Positions 37,857-50,165 of a stretch of DNA of 64,000 nucleotides are shown in pieces; positions within the stretch are counted from its first letter, which is position 1; every line of letters begins with the position of its first letter. The notes beneath the pieces are model-generated. The model searched no databases. It saw nothing but the letters and a program-made list of their open reading frames with translations, and was not told the DNA's origin. Source of the stretch: Hemiscyllium ocellatum (lineage: Eukaryota); the NCBI RefSeq assembly GCF_020745735.1, contig NC_083425.1:46115575-46179574 (forward strand), read 5' to 3'. The translations under genes and the position numbers were made by a program.

Positions 37857-37951
37857 AGAGCTGAAAATGTGTTGCTGGAAAAGCACGGCAGGTCAGGCAG
37901 CATCCAAGGAACAGGAAATTCGACGTTTCGGGCATAAGCCCTTCATCAGGA
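37857..37951 (-). mobile_element. Young ~95 bp Penelope-derived element
   Basis: Close to 11639-11719 in reverse; CpGs retained. Confidence 0.9.
37916..37951 (-). ncRNA. Minimal type I hammerhead ribozyme motif (intact core)
   Basis: Minus strand UC-CUGAUGA-A-GGGC(UUAU)GCCC-GAAAC-GUC-GAAUUU: conserved core, 4 bp stem II, palindromic ACGU stem III. Confidence 0.75.
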
Positions 37952-39552
37952 GAGTTTGGAAAGTTCAACATGCTTACACGTAGAATTTAATACATTTTCC
38001 ATTTTAATTGTGCCATTACACCAGGCCATGACAATGTTGAACAGTGTGAGTTTGCAGAATTTCAATGAATCTTTGACATGTTAAATTTTCATGGTTTCTT
38101 GCTTTTATCCGGTACTTATCTTTTACCAAGTCATATCTTCTACCGTAATTCATTGTGTTTTTCTTTACCTGGGATTAGCTGAATGATCAAATTGATTTTT
38201 GCTAATAATACGATATTTCAAACTGCAGCATGAATTTCACCCCCTCAAAACTTGTGCCCATGTATTAGCCTTTAAGTTGAAGCTTTGTCTTAAAAATTTG
38301 ACCTATACATTAGAATATACGCTACTTACGTTATCCCTCAAATATCATAAACAGGATGTGAATCTTGTGGGATTGAAGAATCCAGTGGAGATTTGTACAG
38401 CAGAATAATGTGTTTGTGAATGTAATGAATGTGTAGAAATGTTTGGACTAAGTGTTATTAAATTACACAGAGAAGCTTGGTTCTTGCAATATGTCATGCT
38501 TTAAATGGCCAGAGTTAAGAGCAAGTCAGATCTTTTATACCTTCAAGTCACGTGCTGTGATGCAGTAATGATGTTTGGAGTATATCTCTTTAAAGGTGTA
38601 CTGACATACTGATATTGAGACATTACACAACATGCCCCATTTTTTTTCACAAAAGTAAGTGTATCCCAAATGGACATATGTGGTTGTATATGGGCACAAT
38701 GTACCAATTCAGTAATTCTGCAAACAAGTAAAGCAGAATTTACAGATTGCTGCTTCAAATTTATCTGCAGTACTTTGGAGGTTTGATCTGGTTACAGTAT
38801 ACCTACTGGAGAGGTGCAGGTACCTTTTGTTATTTTGAGGCATTTGTTCTTCTGGGACATTACTGCACATTCCTCATCAGAGAGCTCTTGCTGATTCTCT
38901 TTATGCAAAGTTGCTATGATGTATGTTGGTGTCAGCTAGCTTCTGTTCCTTTGCAATGCAGCACCTTAATCAATAATGACTTTATATGATCTTGACTGGC
39001 TGTATATTTTATAAACCTTTACTGGTATCCAAGTATTTGTATTTCCAAATTGTCACTTTTGGATTGGTGTGCAGTTTTGGTAGTTCTCTACCTGTTCATA
39101 CGTCATGTAACTATTCCATTTTCTTTTAGTCTTTGAAGAGAATGTTCTGTATCTCAACGATTAGACAATGGGCAAAGTCATTCACGCTCGTCTTCTCAGC
39201 ATAGATTTTGTTGAGGATAAAAATGCAGAACTGCAATATGGAAATTTTATTTTGTTGCTGATCATTGATAGGATGTACAATAAATTCTGTTAGACTTTTT
39301 GTTTGTGTGTAGATAGTGGGTGACAATGGGATATTGTTTGCTCCCCCACACCATACACAGGCTCAAGAGTTTGCCAGTGAACTATTGTCCAATACTATCT
39401 GTCCTGGGATATTGAATAAACTGGAAATATCGCTCATGGTGTTAGTGATGGTCACACTTGTGATACTAAATTGTTGAATAATGGGAAATTTAGTGAGGTA
39501 ATCTGTTATCAAGTGTGTAATTTTCCTCATGCACATGAGCCTGTTGATACTC

Positions 39553-39900
39553 AGCACAGTGGCTCAGTGGCTAACACTATTGCCTCAGAGTGCCAGGACC
39601 TGGATTCAATTCCACCCTCAGGTTACTGTGTGGAGTTTGCATGTTGTCCCCATGTCTGCGTGGGTTTCATTCAGGTGCTCTGGTTTCCTCCCACAGTCCA
39701 AAGATGTGCAGATTAGGTGCATTGGCCATGCTAAATTGTCCATCGTGTTCAGGGATGTGCAAACTAGGTGGATTAGCCATGAGAAATGCAAAGTTACAGG
39801 GATAGGGTAGGGGGCTGGGCCTAGGTGGGATGCTCTTCAGAGAGTCTGCTGGATGGGCCAAATGGCCTGCTTCCACACTGTAGGGATTCTGTGATCCTAT
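39553..39900 (+). mobile_element. HE1-type SINE inserted in Gypsy integrase
   Basis: gtggctcagtggctaac A-box, ggattcaattcc B-box, ttccacactgtagggattct tail. Confidence 0.92.
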
Positions 39901-40571
39901 ACATTGGTCCAAGGAGTGGATGAAACATTGCAGGTAGATGCTCCCTACGCTGTTGGGGATGATACTTTTGATTCCCTTTCCTGAGTTATTGAATATCCTG
40001 ATTCATCCTTGCCTTGCACACACATACACACCACTGGTGGAATACGCATTTGTCCCTGGTCTAACATGGGTATCATATCTTGCGCCGTATTTTGGCAAGA
40101 GGACTTGTTTACTGTTGAAAGTGAATTATCATCGCATACCAATTCACCTCTGTATGACCAAAAATAAACAAATCTTCTCAGGTACTTCTTTAAAACTGCC
40201 TGGCCAACCTGGATGATCTTTTGCAATATTTGGTCATTTTCAGTAATTGCAAATTGCAGCTGTTCTCTCAGGCTTTGGCTTGAAAGCAACAGATCAGCCT
40301 CAAGATCTTCAATTTCATCATCAAGAGCATCAGTGCATGGGTCAGGAGGAATATCTTGGATTTTGTGTGGGTTGATTCATCTGCTCAGCATGTCCAATGT
40401 AATCATCCCGGTATCTGACTTGTATTTCATGTCAACGTCATATCCTTGCAGATTGTTGCCTAGTTTGTTCGCTTCGGGCTTGGTTTCTTTCACCACAATG
40501 GGTGTAAGTGAAATCTCATGAATTGACTGCACTGAGGTCTATGTATACTGCTAGTCATGGTTGTCAGTTTG

Positions 40572-40793
40572 TACAGCCTGTTCTGATATAAGTGATAGTT
40601 CTGTTTCTGTGCAAACTCGTGTTATTAGAAAATCGTGTAATAGTAGCACCATTTAAACCAGTGGGACCGAAATTGCATTATAGCCAATACAGGTAAGGAA
40701 CGTTTACATTCTAAAAATAATGGTCTAAATTTTTCAATCGTGTTATAGCCAATTCACATTGAAGACATGCACCTTATAGCAGAACCAACTGTG
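40572..40793. mobile_element. Tigger/Tc1-type MITE
   Basis: TIRs (ta)cagcctgttctgatataa and ttatagcagaaccaactg; TA/TG flanks. Confidence 0.7.
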
Positions 40794-42380
40794 TTTAACA
40801 GGGAGATTTCAGAAAATTAAGGTGAGCTTGCATATTGATTCTAACAATTCACAAAATTGGCGATTTATTACACGCTGTAAGAATGTCTGTCTCTTGTAGG
40901 TTGTACCAAGGAATACTATTTGCTAAGACATATGTTTATCTAGATGTGCAGTGATAATATGTCAGCACTAGCTCCTGTGTTCATTTTCACTTAAACTATA
41001 TCATTCTGCCTCTTCAGGGTACATGGTGTTAAAGCTTATGGTCACCTTAAGCTATTGACATGATGTGAGGTTAACAGCATGGAAAACTTGGTCACCATCC
41101 AAACCTTCTCTTATACTTGGATGGCACTGAACTTCATTGAGTTTGTATATCTTTTCTAAATGCCATCTTTACTGCTAACATTGGGTGTTACGTCATCTTG
41201 TTGGTCACCTGCATTTTGTTCTGACGTGGTTTTGCTTTGGAAATGGATTTCCAGCACATTTGCCCTTTGTCCCGTTTGTGCCTATTGTTTCACAGCTATC
41301 CAAAAAGGTTGGCCTGAATTTCTGTAGGTGTAACAAACTGCATTTGTCAGATTGGCATATTGTTGACCATAGCAATAATGTTGGCTGAAGCTAAAGCAAG
41401 TAATTGTTATTGTTCTGAACTTTGAATTTATGCTGGTGTCGATCTGAAAGGTAATGTTCCGATGGAATGGCCCTTTATTTAGTCCAGAAGCTCCTTCCTA
41501 ATGACATTAAGTCATATAGAAGCAATGACTAACTTGAAAAATCTTTTTTCCATATTTGCTGTTTGGAAAACTCCTGTCCTTTCCTGCAGCATCTTCCAGA
41601 AAACTGGTCAGTGGATTTTTGGCGCTGTTTGTCCGTGTGACTTGTTAGTGTTTGTTAATCCTGAAGTTTATTTTTATCTTAAGATGGTCTTTGAGATCTT
41701 TTTCCTTATCTTTTCTAGAACTTTCTGGTTGTCCACAGAAGGGCCAGAAGAAATAATTCTGGGAAAGCCTTCCTTGTTGATGGGAAGCAATATCTTTAGT
41801 GCTCTTTTATTAAGCTCATATAGTTTGCTGATCTATAAAACAGATCTGCAAATGTTGAGTGAACAGTTTTTATTCAGTAAGAGTGTAAATAAATGCCCAG
41901 TGCAGGAGTGTTTCCCTTCACCTTAAGCAATGTGCGAATTAAAATGGCTGTAAAACTGACCTGGCGCCTTTTAAATCCCATGATTTAAGAATTGTGATTT
42001 GCAATTTTCAGCTTGTAGGTGTATTCATCCCATTAGAGGAGTGGTAATGTGACATGGGATTTCTTTGTGTAAATTTGGAGATAGAAAAGGGCTAAACTGA
42101 CCAGGATCTGGACACATATTTATTTTTAGTTTTAAAGTTGTATTATCATATTAGCAGGCTTTCAGATTCTTTCTTGTCTTCAAAGAGAAAGGTAGCATAA
42201 TCACTTGTGTTTCAGTATTGGTCTGTAATCTATAGTTTTGCTTGTATTTGGAACTTCAGCCTTTTGCTTTTAAATAAAGACACACTATATTCCTTCAAGA
42301 AATTAAGATGTTAATTTTAAAAACTTAGCTCTTTATTCTTGTCTGATATGACAGATCTTTACAGTTGTCTACAGTATCAT

Positions 42381-42631
42381 TAGATTAGATTACTTACAGT
42401 GTGGAAACAAGTTCTTCGGCCCAACAAGTCCACACTGACCCGCTGGTGCGCAACCCACCCATTCCCCTACATTTACCCCTTACCTAACACTACGGGCAAT
42501 TTAGCATGGCCAATTCACCTGATCTGCACATCTTTGGACTGTGGGAGGAAACCGGAGCACCCGGAGGAAACCCACGCAGACACAGGGAGAATGTGCAAAC
42601 TCCCCACAGTCAGTCGCCTGAGTCGGGAATT
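42381..42631 (-). mobile_element. Young HE1-type SINE, 5'-truncated, with 7 bp TSD
   Basis: gtatcat at 42374-42380 and 42632-42638; (TAATC)n tail; CpGs retained. Confidence 0.92.
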
Positions 42632-43062
42632 GTATCATCTTGATTTCTTCGATGCCTGGTTGGTCTTGTTGTGTTTTCCAAATATGTCACCAAAGTATTG
42701 CAGTGTTTCATTTCTATAGACAGCCACTGTTATCCATGATGTGTTTTTACATCCAACAGGGTATTTTACATGATGTGATAATTTTTATATTATCCCTCAT
42801 CATAAGAAACTGTGGATATTGTGGTATTGAAGAATCCAACAGATTTGGTATTTTTGACTATTACATACAAACATTCTATTTGTAGGTATGCAAGTGTCTG
42901 GGCTGGCATCAAACTGTTAAGTTACACATACTTTGTAGTTTGTCAAGCTTTAAGTGAGCCAAGTTAAGATGGAGTTGGAAATCTTTAAACTCTCAGGTCA
43001 CGTGCTATGATGCAATGACGGCATCATGAACATGTACCTTAAAGATAATATACTGATGTATA

Positions 43063-43065
<3 letters not shown>

Positions 43066-43139
<74 letters not shown>

Positions 43140-43153
43140 CGCGAGAGAGAGAG
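43066..43153. repeat. Compound microsatellite (TG)33(CG)6(AG)5
   Basis: Read directly from the sequence. Confidence 0.98.
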
Positions 43154-43179
43154 CATAGCATGGTCTATCTGCTCTGGGT

Positions 43180-43400
43180 GATGTTAATTTTAAAGTGCTT
43201 TTTAAAGTCCCATCCATCTGGGCCAGTATCCCACAAGCAATGCCAAAGCCAGTTTTTTCTGGTCACTGTTTGTGCCAGTTTGTTGTGTGCATATTGGCAT
43301 GTTTATGACCTGAAAACAGAGACTACACTCTCTAAAAAGTACTTAATTGGCTGTAAATTACTTAAAGCACTTTGTAACTGCAGTTAATCTTTGTCTTTTT
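43180..43400 (+). mobile_element. Ancient Deu-domain-type SINE fragment
   Basis: ttgttgtgtgcatattggc...gactacactc..aaaaagtacttaattggctgtaaa..gcacttt pattern. Confidence 0.5.
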
Positions 43401-45609
43401 TTGTTGCAAGTGGCAATAGTCTCGGTGTCTCTCTGCATGCAGACTGCTTCCAATTCCTGGCATCATGATCATCATGCTGTACACTCTGACTTCAGTAAAC
43501 GTTCAACGTTGCTATTTCCACGTTAGTACATCATTCACGCACTAATACATCATGCTATGTATCTTTTTTTTAAGAAAGCTATGTAATATTCGGTCCTGCT
43601 GAAACATTTTGGAGTTTAAAGGTGTCGTTTCCATTTTTGTGACCAAAGGTTATGTTGGGACTAACAGCCCATCCATACAACTGAGATAACTTGACTTATT
43701 GTACTCCAGTCAGTTTTGGTGTGGACACGTAGAGCTTAGGTGAGCTTTCTGGCCTATTGCAGGCCTCAACACTGGTGTCCCTCTGTTGCCAGAAGTTGCT
43801 GGTTAATGAGAGGCTCAGCGATTTCTGGGTATTAATGACCATTTGACTGGTATCTACTCCTCTGGTACCAGAATGAGATGAGATGATCATTTTTCATCTT
43901 GTGGCAGCATGGGTTCATTTTGGCAATAGTGTTTTGCGTGTGGCTTTCTGAGGCAATCCCTTCATGCACCAGCACAGTTTAAAGGCATTAACTGGTCGCG
44001 GGTCTGGGAAATCACCCAACATCACCCCACATAGAATTTGATTGGTCAAAAGGAGGTGAGTGGCTCGTCATGGCTGTCTCACCCAATTATTTCCCTTTCT
44101 TACCACCCATTGAGGGGACAAATCTGCCATGGGTTGAAATTTACAGGCTGTTTTTGCAAGCAAGCCAATTGTTTTTTCTTCTTTCAAAATAAAGCCAAAT
44201 TAAATGATTCAGCTTCCATAAAATGTAATGGAGAATAAACATGTTGCAATTCAGAGTCTGTTCTGAAAGCACAGACTCTTCATTTGTCTGCATTTCATTA
44301 AACATGAGTTGATGTTGCTATAAACTGATCAAAAGCATTGCCTTTCAACAATCCAGCAATGCACAGACCACCAGCACAGATCCATCATCTGACAGGTTCA
44401 TTTTGTTGACAAATTAACTTCTAGACCACAGTTTAATCATTTTCTCAGGTACTTTTCTTCTGAAATATTCCTACTTATGATCAAACCAGCAGCATTTGTC
44501 AATGTTTTGCAGACATATCTATTTCCCTCTCGGTAATATTACTGGGTAATCTATTATATGATTTCAATTGTGTTAATGCCATCGGGAATGAAATCTCTGC
44601 TTGTGAAGCTGTGTTGTGTTCTGTGTGTATGGCAATTTTACTGAGATTGCTTCAGATAGATTGTGGCCTGTGGGCTATGGTTGCCTTGGAGAGGGATGCC
44701 TAAACAATGAGATACAAGGGGTGTGTTATCCACACTCATCAATATTTCCATGAGGATTTTGACCAGGGATATAGCTGGAACACAATCTGCAAAGACAACC
44801 AGATGGATTCAGTTAATGCTACTTCCACCAACAGCATCAGATTTTAATTTGACTAGTCATGAGAAGGGCACGTAGACAGCAATGAAATCTGACACTTGTT
44901 TCTCACTAGTGTTGATGAACAGCACGGATGTGTTGCAAGGTCTGTCTTATGGGGAACAAAAACTAAAGAAATGTTTATTAAATTTTGATAAAGCTTCTTT
45001 TCCATTTTGGATTCATGTGATTGAAACATTCTCTCCTACACCACATTACTTTAAGACATAGGCCAGCAATTCGACTGTTTAAAAATGCCTCCCAGCTATT
45101 TCAGTAATCATAAGTTAAATCCATTTATTTCTTCCTTAAGCACTTCAAGCATACAGAATTTATTCTCCACTCATGGGGATATTTGACTGTTGAAGTGTTG
45201 CATTGTGGTTTCTCTCACATGTAATTTTTGTGCAAAGGTTTCAGGACCCTGGAGCAATCATGTGAAGATGATGCAGAGCTACATATCGCTGAGCGTAAAT
45301 AGCAGGGTTAGATCACTCTGGAATGAGTGAGTGTCTTTAGAGCATAGATAGATTAGTCTTAATGTAACTTGCAGTCAGAGCCTGGCAAATGTATGATTAC
45401 CCTATATACCAGTATTTAATGTTAATAAATATTAAATAGACTTTGACATCTATGCCTGAAGAAAACTGTTCTTAACTTTGCCTTCTCCTTAACCATAAAG
45501 AATCCAAGCTCACAATGGAGCATCAAATCTTTGATAAATGAGTAGTAATATGTGCTTTAGTGAAGGCTTTTTAAAAATAGAGTTCAAATATCTGACTGGC
45601 TATCATTAA

Positions 45610-45960
45610 TTAATCTAGTCCCGTTTGCTAGCATTTTGGCACATATCCTTTTTAAACCCTTCCTATTCATATACCCACCCAGATACCTTTTTTAAATGTT
45701 GCAATTGTACCAGCTTCTTCCCTTCCTCTGACTGTTGGTTCCACACATGCACCACCATATTTGAAGGAGTTGCCCCTTAAGTCTCTTCTTTAAATCCCCC
45801 GCCCCAGCCACCTCACTTTAAACCTATGCCCTCTAGATCTGGACTTTCTCCTACCCTGGGGAAATGACCTTGTGTATTCACCCCATCTGTGCCCCTCATG
45901 ATTTTATAATCCTCAATAAGGACACCTCTCAGCCTCCAACGCTCCAGGGAAAATAGCCCT
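45610..45960 (-). mobile_element. CR1 3' fragment
   Basis: Homologous to 3740-4070. Confidence 0.88.
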
Positions 45961-46859
45961 CATCTACCAATGCCAGTCTGTCTGTGAAGGCCTGTTTTTG
46001 TTTAAATTTTGAGAATGTATGAAAGAGAGTACTTGCATCTTGAGGTGTGCTCACTCTCCTGTATCTGCTGTAGTTTTCCAACTGGAAGCTTCCTGTTGGT
46101 GTCCAGCACCCTCAAATGGATGGTGAGCCTGCCCTCTAGCCATTAATTGGCCCAGTCTGTCCAGTTAAACCTGCTCTGCCATTTTATATGACCATGGTTG
46201 ATCCTGGGCCTAACTTCACAGTCCCGCCCTCCTTCTCCACACTTGACTTTCTGAGACACCCAAGATCTTATCATCACAGCATTAAATAGTATCATCAATA
46301 GATAATCCATGACCCTCTGGGTGGGGAATTACAAAGATTCATGACCCTTTGAGTACTTTTGACTGAATTATTTTCTCCTCTGACTATGAAGCTTCAAAAC
46401 TCAAAGTGCAGTCCTGTCCGTCTTGTTTGTTGTTTGAGTGATTGCCCTGTGTTTAACCCCTGCCTATTGGATAAAGTTCTTGCAATTCCAGAAAGGGGTT
46501 GGCTATATTCAAGTGGTGAAAGGTATTTACTGCTCGTTCCACACGCAGCTGGGAAAAAAGATGTGAATGATGAGATTTCAAGAGCAGTCAGCCTGACAAA
46601 AGTTGGAAAGTGAAGTTTTACAACAGACTTAAATGCAGTTATTTTCAGCTGCTGACCTGCCTTGCCATTTTAAGGGCACTTCTGATATTTTCTGTCAAAG
46701 TGATTTGAAATAGTGATTTCACTATTCTGAATTGGATTTCAGCCTGAATGCTGAAGGTTAGAGGGCGGCAAATACAATCCACTTTGGAACGCGCACCTAT
46801 CCTACTATATTCTTTGACATTTTTTTTTCATTTCTTTTGAAGACTATTGCTGTTAAACC

Positions 46860-47110
46860 ACAACTTTTATTTATATAACCTCTTTCATGTAATAAAACAT
46901 CTTGAGGCACTTCACAGAAGCACTATAAAGAGAACAAGGTGAGGTGCAAAGCCAATATTAGGGTAGGGGAGCAAAAGCGTGGTCACCGAAGTGAGTTTTA
47001 ATTAGGAAAGGGATTTAGACTTGAGATCATAGGGGTCACATAGTTAACAGGCCCCAAGTGATGGATCAGTTAAAATCAGGAATGTTCAGGAGGCTGGAAT
47101 TAGAGGACCA
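46860..47110 (-). mobile_element. Old L2-type 3' end
   Basis: tttatata..acctctttcatgtaataaaacatcttgaggcacttcacag, similar to 23290. Confidence 0.5.
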
Positions 47111-47114
47111 CCGA

Positions 47115-47400
47115 TCATAGAATCATTGAATCCCTACACTGTGGAAGCAGGCAGTTCTGCCCATCATTTCCACACTAAAGGTTCTCTCATCCAGACCCGA
47201 CCCACTACCTTATTCCTGTAAGTTTGCGTTTCCCATGGCCAAGCCATTTAACCTGTGGCAGGAAACCAGAGCACCCAGAACAAACCCGCCTGGATATGAG
47301 GAAAATGTGCAAACTTGACATAGACAGCTGTCCAAGGGTGAAATTAAACCTGAGCCTCTGGCACTGGGAGGCAGCAGTGCTAGCCACTGAGCCACCTTGC
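47115..47400 (-). mobile_element. HE1-type SINE
   Basis: catagaatc tail; gcagtgctagccactgagccacc head. Confidence 0.85.
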
Positions 47401-48314
47401 CTCCAGACATGAGAATTTCTAATTGAGATTATAGTTAGGTAGGGCCTAACCAGAGAGAGTTTGATGCCATGTCATTTCATTTCCATAATTCACATGTACA
47501 GCCTCTTTGAGTCATTTTCTGAAATGCTTTAGACCGAGTAACCTCGTAATATCATACTCTGTTAATCAAGTATGGCAGACCTTGTACAAATCAGTTAGAT
47601 ACTGATACTCTCAATATTCACTGGTTCTAGTTTGTAAATCAGAAGAGAGAACACAGTGGAGGAGATGGCTTTGATGCTAAGGTGCTAATTCATAGCACAA
47701 TCCTCCTCCTGATCACTGAGGTGCTGAGTATTAGAGTGTCTGCTGTATTATCACCATGGACTAGCTTTGCTGTCACCATTCTCTTTCAGAGTAAGTACCT
47801 CTCTGGCCCACATGAGCTGGTGTGGTAGAGGAAAATCACTACCAAATTGAACAAGAAGAAGCTGTAGACTTAAATGAGACATTGTTTATTGCATTTTGGC
47901 AATAAATGAGTTGCACTAATATGATGTTACAGAGACTGAGAAAAACCTGTGTTTGTAGGTTTTACTCCACTTAGACTTTGAGCTATTTTCCCATCTAGTC
48001 ATTCATTTTATTTCCATCAGTGTTCATAATTCCCAATCAATTGTCTTCTATGGAGACAACACCCAAGCAGTTGACCCCATGTTGAGAGAAATCTTTTTTT
48101 GACGATTATAAATCTTTCATTAAATGCTTCAGCAGCCCAATGACCCCCCCCCCCCCCCACACCTGCTTTTCACTCCAGGATGCCAGCTTCCTATCTCCAG
48201 CTGCCTCAGCTTCTCATGCAATAAGTAACCCTTTTGTAAATGGGTGATTGTGTTATTCATTCACAGATCTATATTACATCATCTTGGTTCAATATAATTG
48301 GTCACTGGTGCATT

Positions 48315-48594
48315 CCTTAGTGTGGAAACAGGCCCTTCAGCCCAACAAGTCAACACTGACCCTTCGAAGAGAAACCTACCCAGACCCATTTTCCTCTGAA
48401 TAAAGCACCTGACACTTGGGCAATTTAGAAGGGCCAATTCACCTGACCTCCACATCTTTGGTCTGTGGGAGGAAACCCACGCAGACACTGGGCGAATGTA
48501 CAAACTCCACACACAGTCACCCAAGGCTGGAATTGAACCTGGGTCCCTGGTGCTGTGAGGCAGCAGTGCTAACCACTGAGCCACTATGCTGCCC
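48315..48594 (-). mobile_element. HE1-type SINE
   Basis: ggaattgaacctggg B-box, gctaaccactgagcca A-box. Confidence 0.9.
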
Positions 48595-48639
48595 CTTTTG
48601 ATGAGCATGTTTTGCTGCTAATATCTACTTTTAATACAG

Positions 48640-49160
48640 TGACAATAACCTCAGGGCCATCACAAAAGATTCCTTACGCATTGGTTATAGTAACAGTATT
48701 AACTTGGATTTATGCCATCCATTATGTAGTTTAAAAAAATGCAGTTCATTTCAGTGATGTTAAGAACAAGATTTGACGCTGAGTCATAATGGAGATATTT
48801 GACAGCTGATCAAAAATTGAATGAGGAAAGCTTCAAGGGCCATCTCAAAGGAGGAAGAGTGGCAAGATGGTTAGGGAAGGGATTTCAGCCGCAAGGGAGT
48901 AGGCAGCAGAAGGAATGGCCACCAGTGGTGGAGACCATGCAGAGAAAACCAGAATGAAGGTGTGCAGAGTTTCTAGAATCAGTGAGGTTAGAGAATGTTA
49001 TAGAGGTGGGCAAGGGTAAGACCAGGAAGGGGTTTGAAAAATAGCAAATTTTAAAAAGTAAAAATTTTAAATTGTTTTTGGACTAGATACCAATGAAAGT
49101 CAGCAAGCACAGGAGTGATGGCTGAATTGGATTTAATGTAGTCAATGGAGTTGTGGATGG
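48640..49160 (-). mobile_element. Old L2-type fragment
   Basis: Homologous to 23290-23950. Confidence 0.5.
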
Positions 49161-49434
49161 GTTCTCTGGCATTATTAACACCTTTTTTGTAATGATTGAA
49201 GAGAAAGCCCCCCCCGTAAGATCTGTCAACATATTAGTTCATGTTACATTTTTGTGATTGAACAAAATAGATTTTTTCACTGAAAGATTTGATCAATTGT
49301 TTAGCATTTCATGTACAAAATAAAGGTAACAACATTTCCGTTGTACACAACAGATTTACCCTGCTGAGGGTAAATTCATTTGTAAGTTTGGAGTCTATCG
49401 CTAGCCTGTTCCATTGTAAGCAATCATACCCATA

Positions 49435-49527
49435 GTTTAGATTAGAGTGCTGATGGAAAAGCACAGCAGGTCAGGCAGCATCCGAGGAGCAAGAAAATCG
49501 ATGTTTCGGGCAAAAGCCCTTCATCAA
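49435..49527 (-). mobile_element. Short Penelope-derived element with hammerhead remnant
   Basis: Minus strand tgatgaagggcttttgcccgaaacatcgattttc... Confidence 0.88.
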
Positions 49528-50037
49528 ACCATCTCTTGAGAAATTCTGCTGTCAACCATCACAAGGGGAATTGTATGTTTACTTCATTAGAGAGCAATTG
49601 CAGACTGGTGCAGGGAATATCAGCCCTTCGTAATATTGAATAATAGGCCTGATCTTTGTTTTTGAGGTGATGTTATTTCACTGAGCTCTTAAATGGTCAA
49701 GAGTGAGTCTGCTTCAATGATGAGAACATCCACTTTGTGTTGTATGCTCTCCTGCATTCTTCTGAATGGGTGGATTGAACCATGTTTAACATTCCTTCAA
49801 TAATAAATGCAATGCTGTCTTGTGATGGCACTGAATTATCACTCAATCATGTGCTAAAAGCCTGGAATGATACCTAAAACTGTAATCTTTACCATGGAGG
49901 CAAAAATGCCAATATTGAGTCAAACTACCGAGTTTCGGGCTCAGTTTCAGACCTGGTCTCTCAGTCTATACAGTACCAAAATGGTTTGTGTGGTGGTGAT
50001 TTCACACTGCATAGCCTCAATCAATGAATTATTAATG

Positions 50038-50165
50038 ACTTTGGAGGTGCCAGTGTTGGACTGGGGTGGAAAAAGGTTTTTAAAAATCACACAATACCTG
50101 GTTATAGTCCAACAGGTTTATTTGGAGGCACTAGCTTTCGAAGTACCGCTTCTTCAGGTGGTTGT
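50038..50165 (-). mobile_element. Second hammerhead-bearing short element family
   Basis: Minus strand cac-ctgaaga-agcggtacttc-gaaag-cta-gtg...aaataaacctgttggactataacc; homologous to 53165-53195 + 54516-54608 and 58560-58710. Confidence 0.8.

Larger units (their letters stand above)
37360..38323. mobile_element. Non-autonomous Tc1/pogo (Tc2-like) DNA transposon
   Basis: Left ctatatatacttgtatata..gtataagtcaa and right ttgacctatacattagaatatacgc-ta are decayed inverted ends of the CCGTATATACTCGTGTATAAGTCGA type; subterminal repeat at 37448-37465. Confidence 0.55.
39100..41780 (-). mobile_element. Decayed Gypsy LTR-retrotransposon internal region (gag, RNase H, integrase)
   Basis: LQGYDVDMKYK..MITLDMLSR (RNase H end, ~40380-40460); GWPGSFKEVPEKICLFWSYRGEL (~40140-40207); IPGQIVLDN and SPTIYTQTKSLTEFIV (integrase core); gag-like remnants 41250-41750. 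Confidence 0.75.

Noticed and set aside
41501-41926. 141 aa hydrophobic ORF as a membrane protein
   Set aside because: Antisense to the A-rich Gypsy gag remnant; hydrophobicity reflects T-richness
43005-43387. THTH/VCVC repeat ORFs
   Set aside because: Translations of the (TG)n microsatellite
49354-49375. 9 bp hairpin atttaccct/agggtaaat
   Set aside because: Short enough to occur by chance in 64 kb; no supporting context
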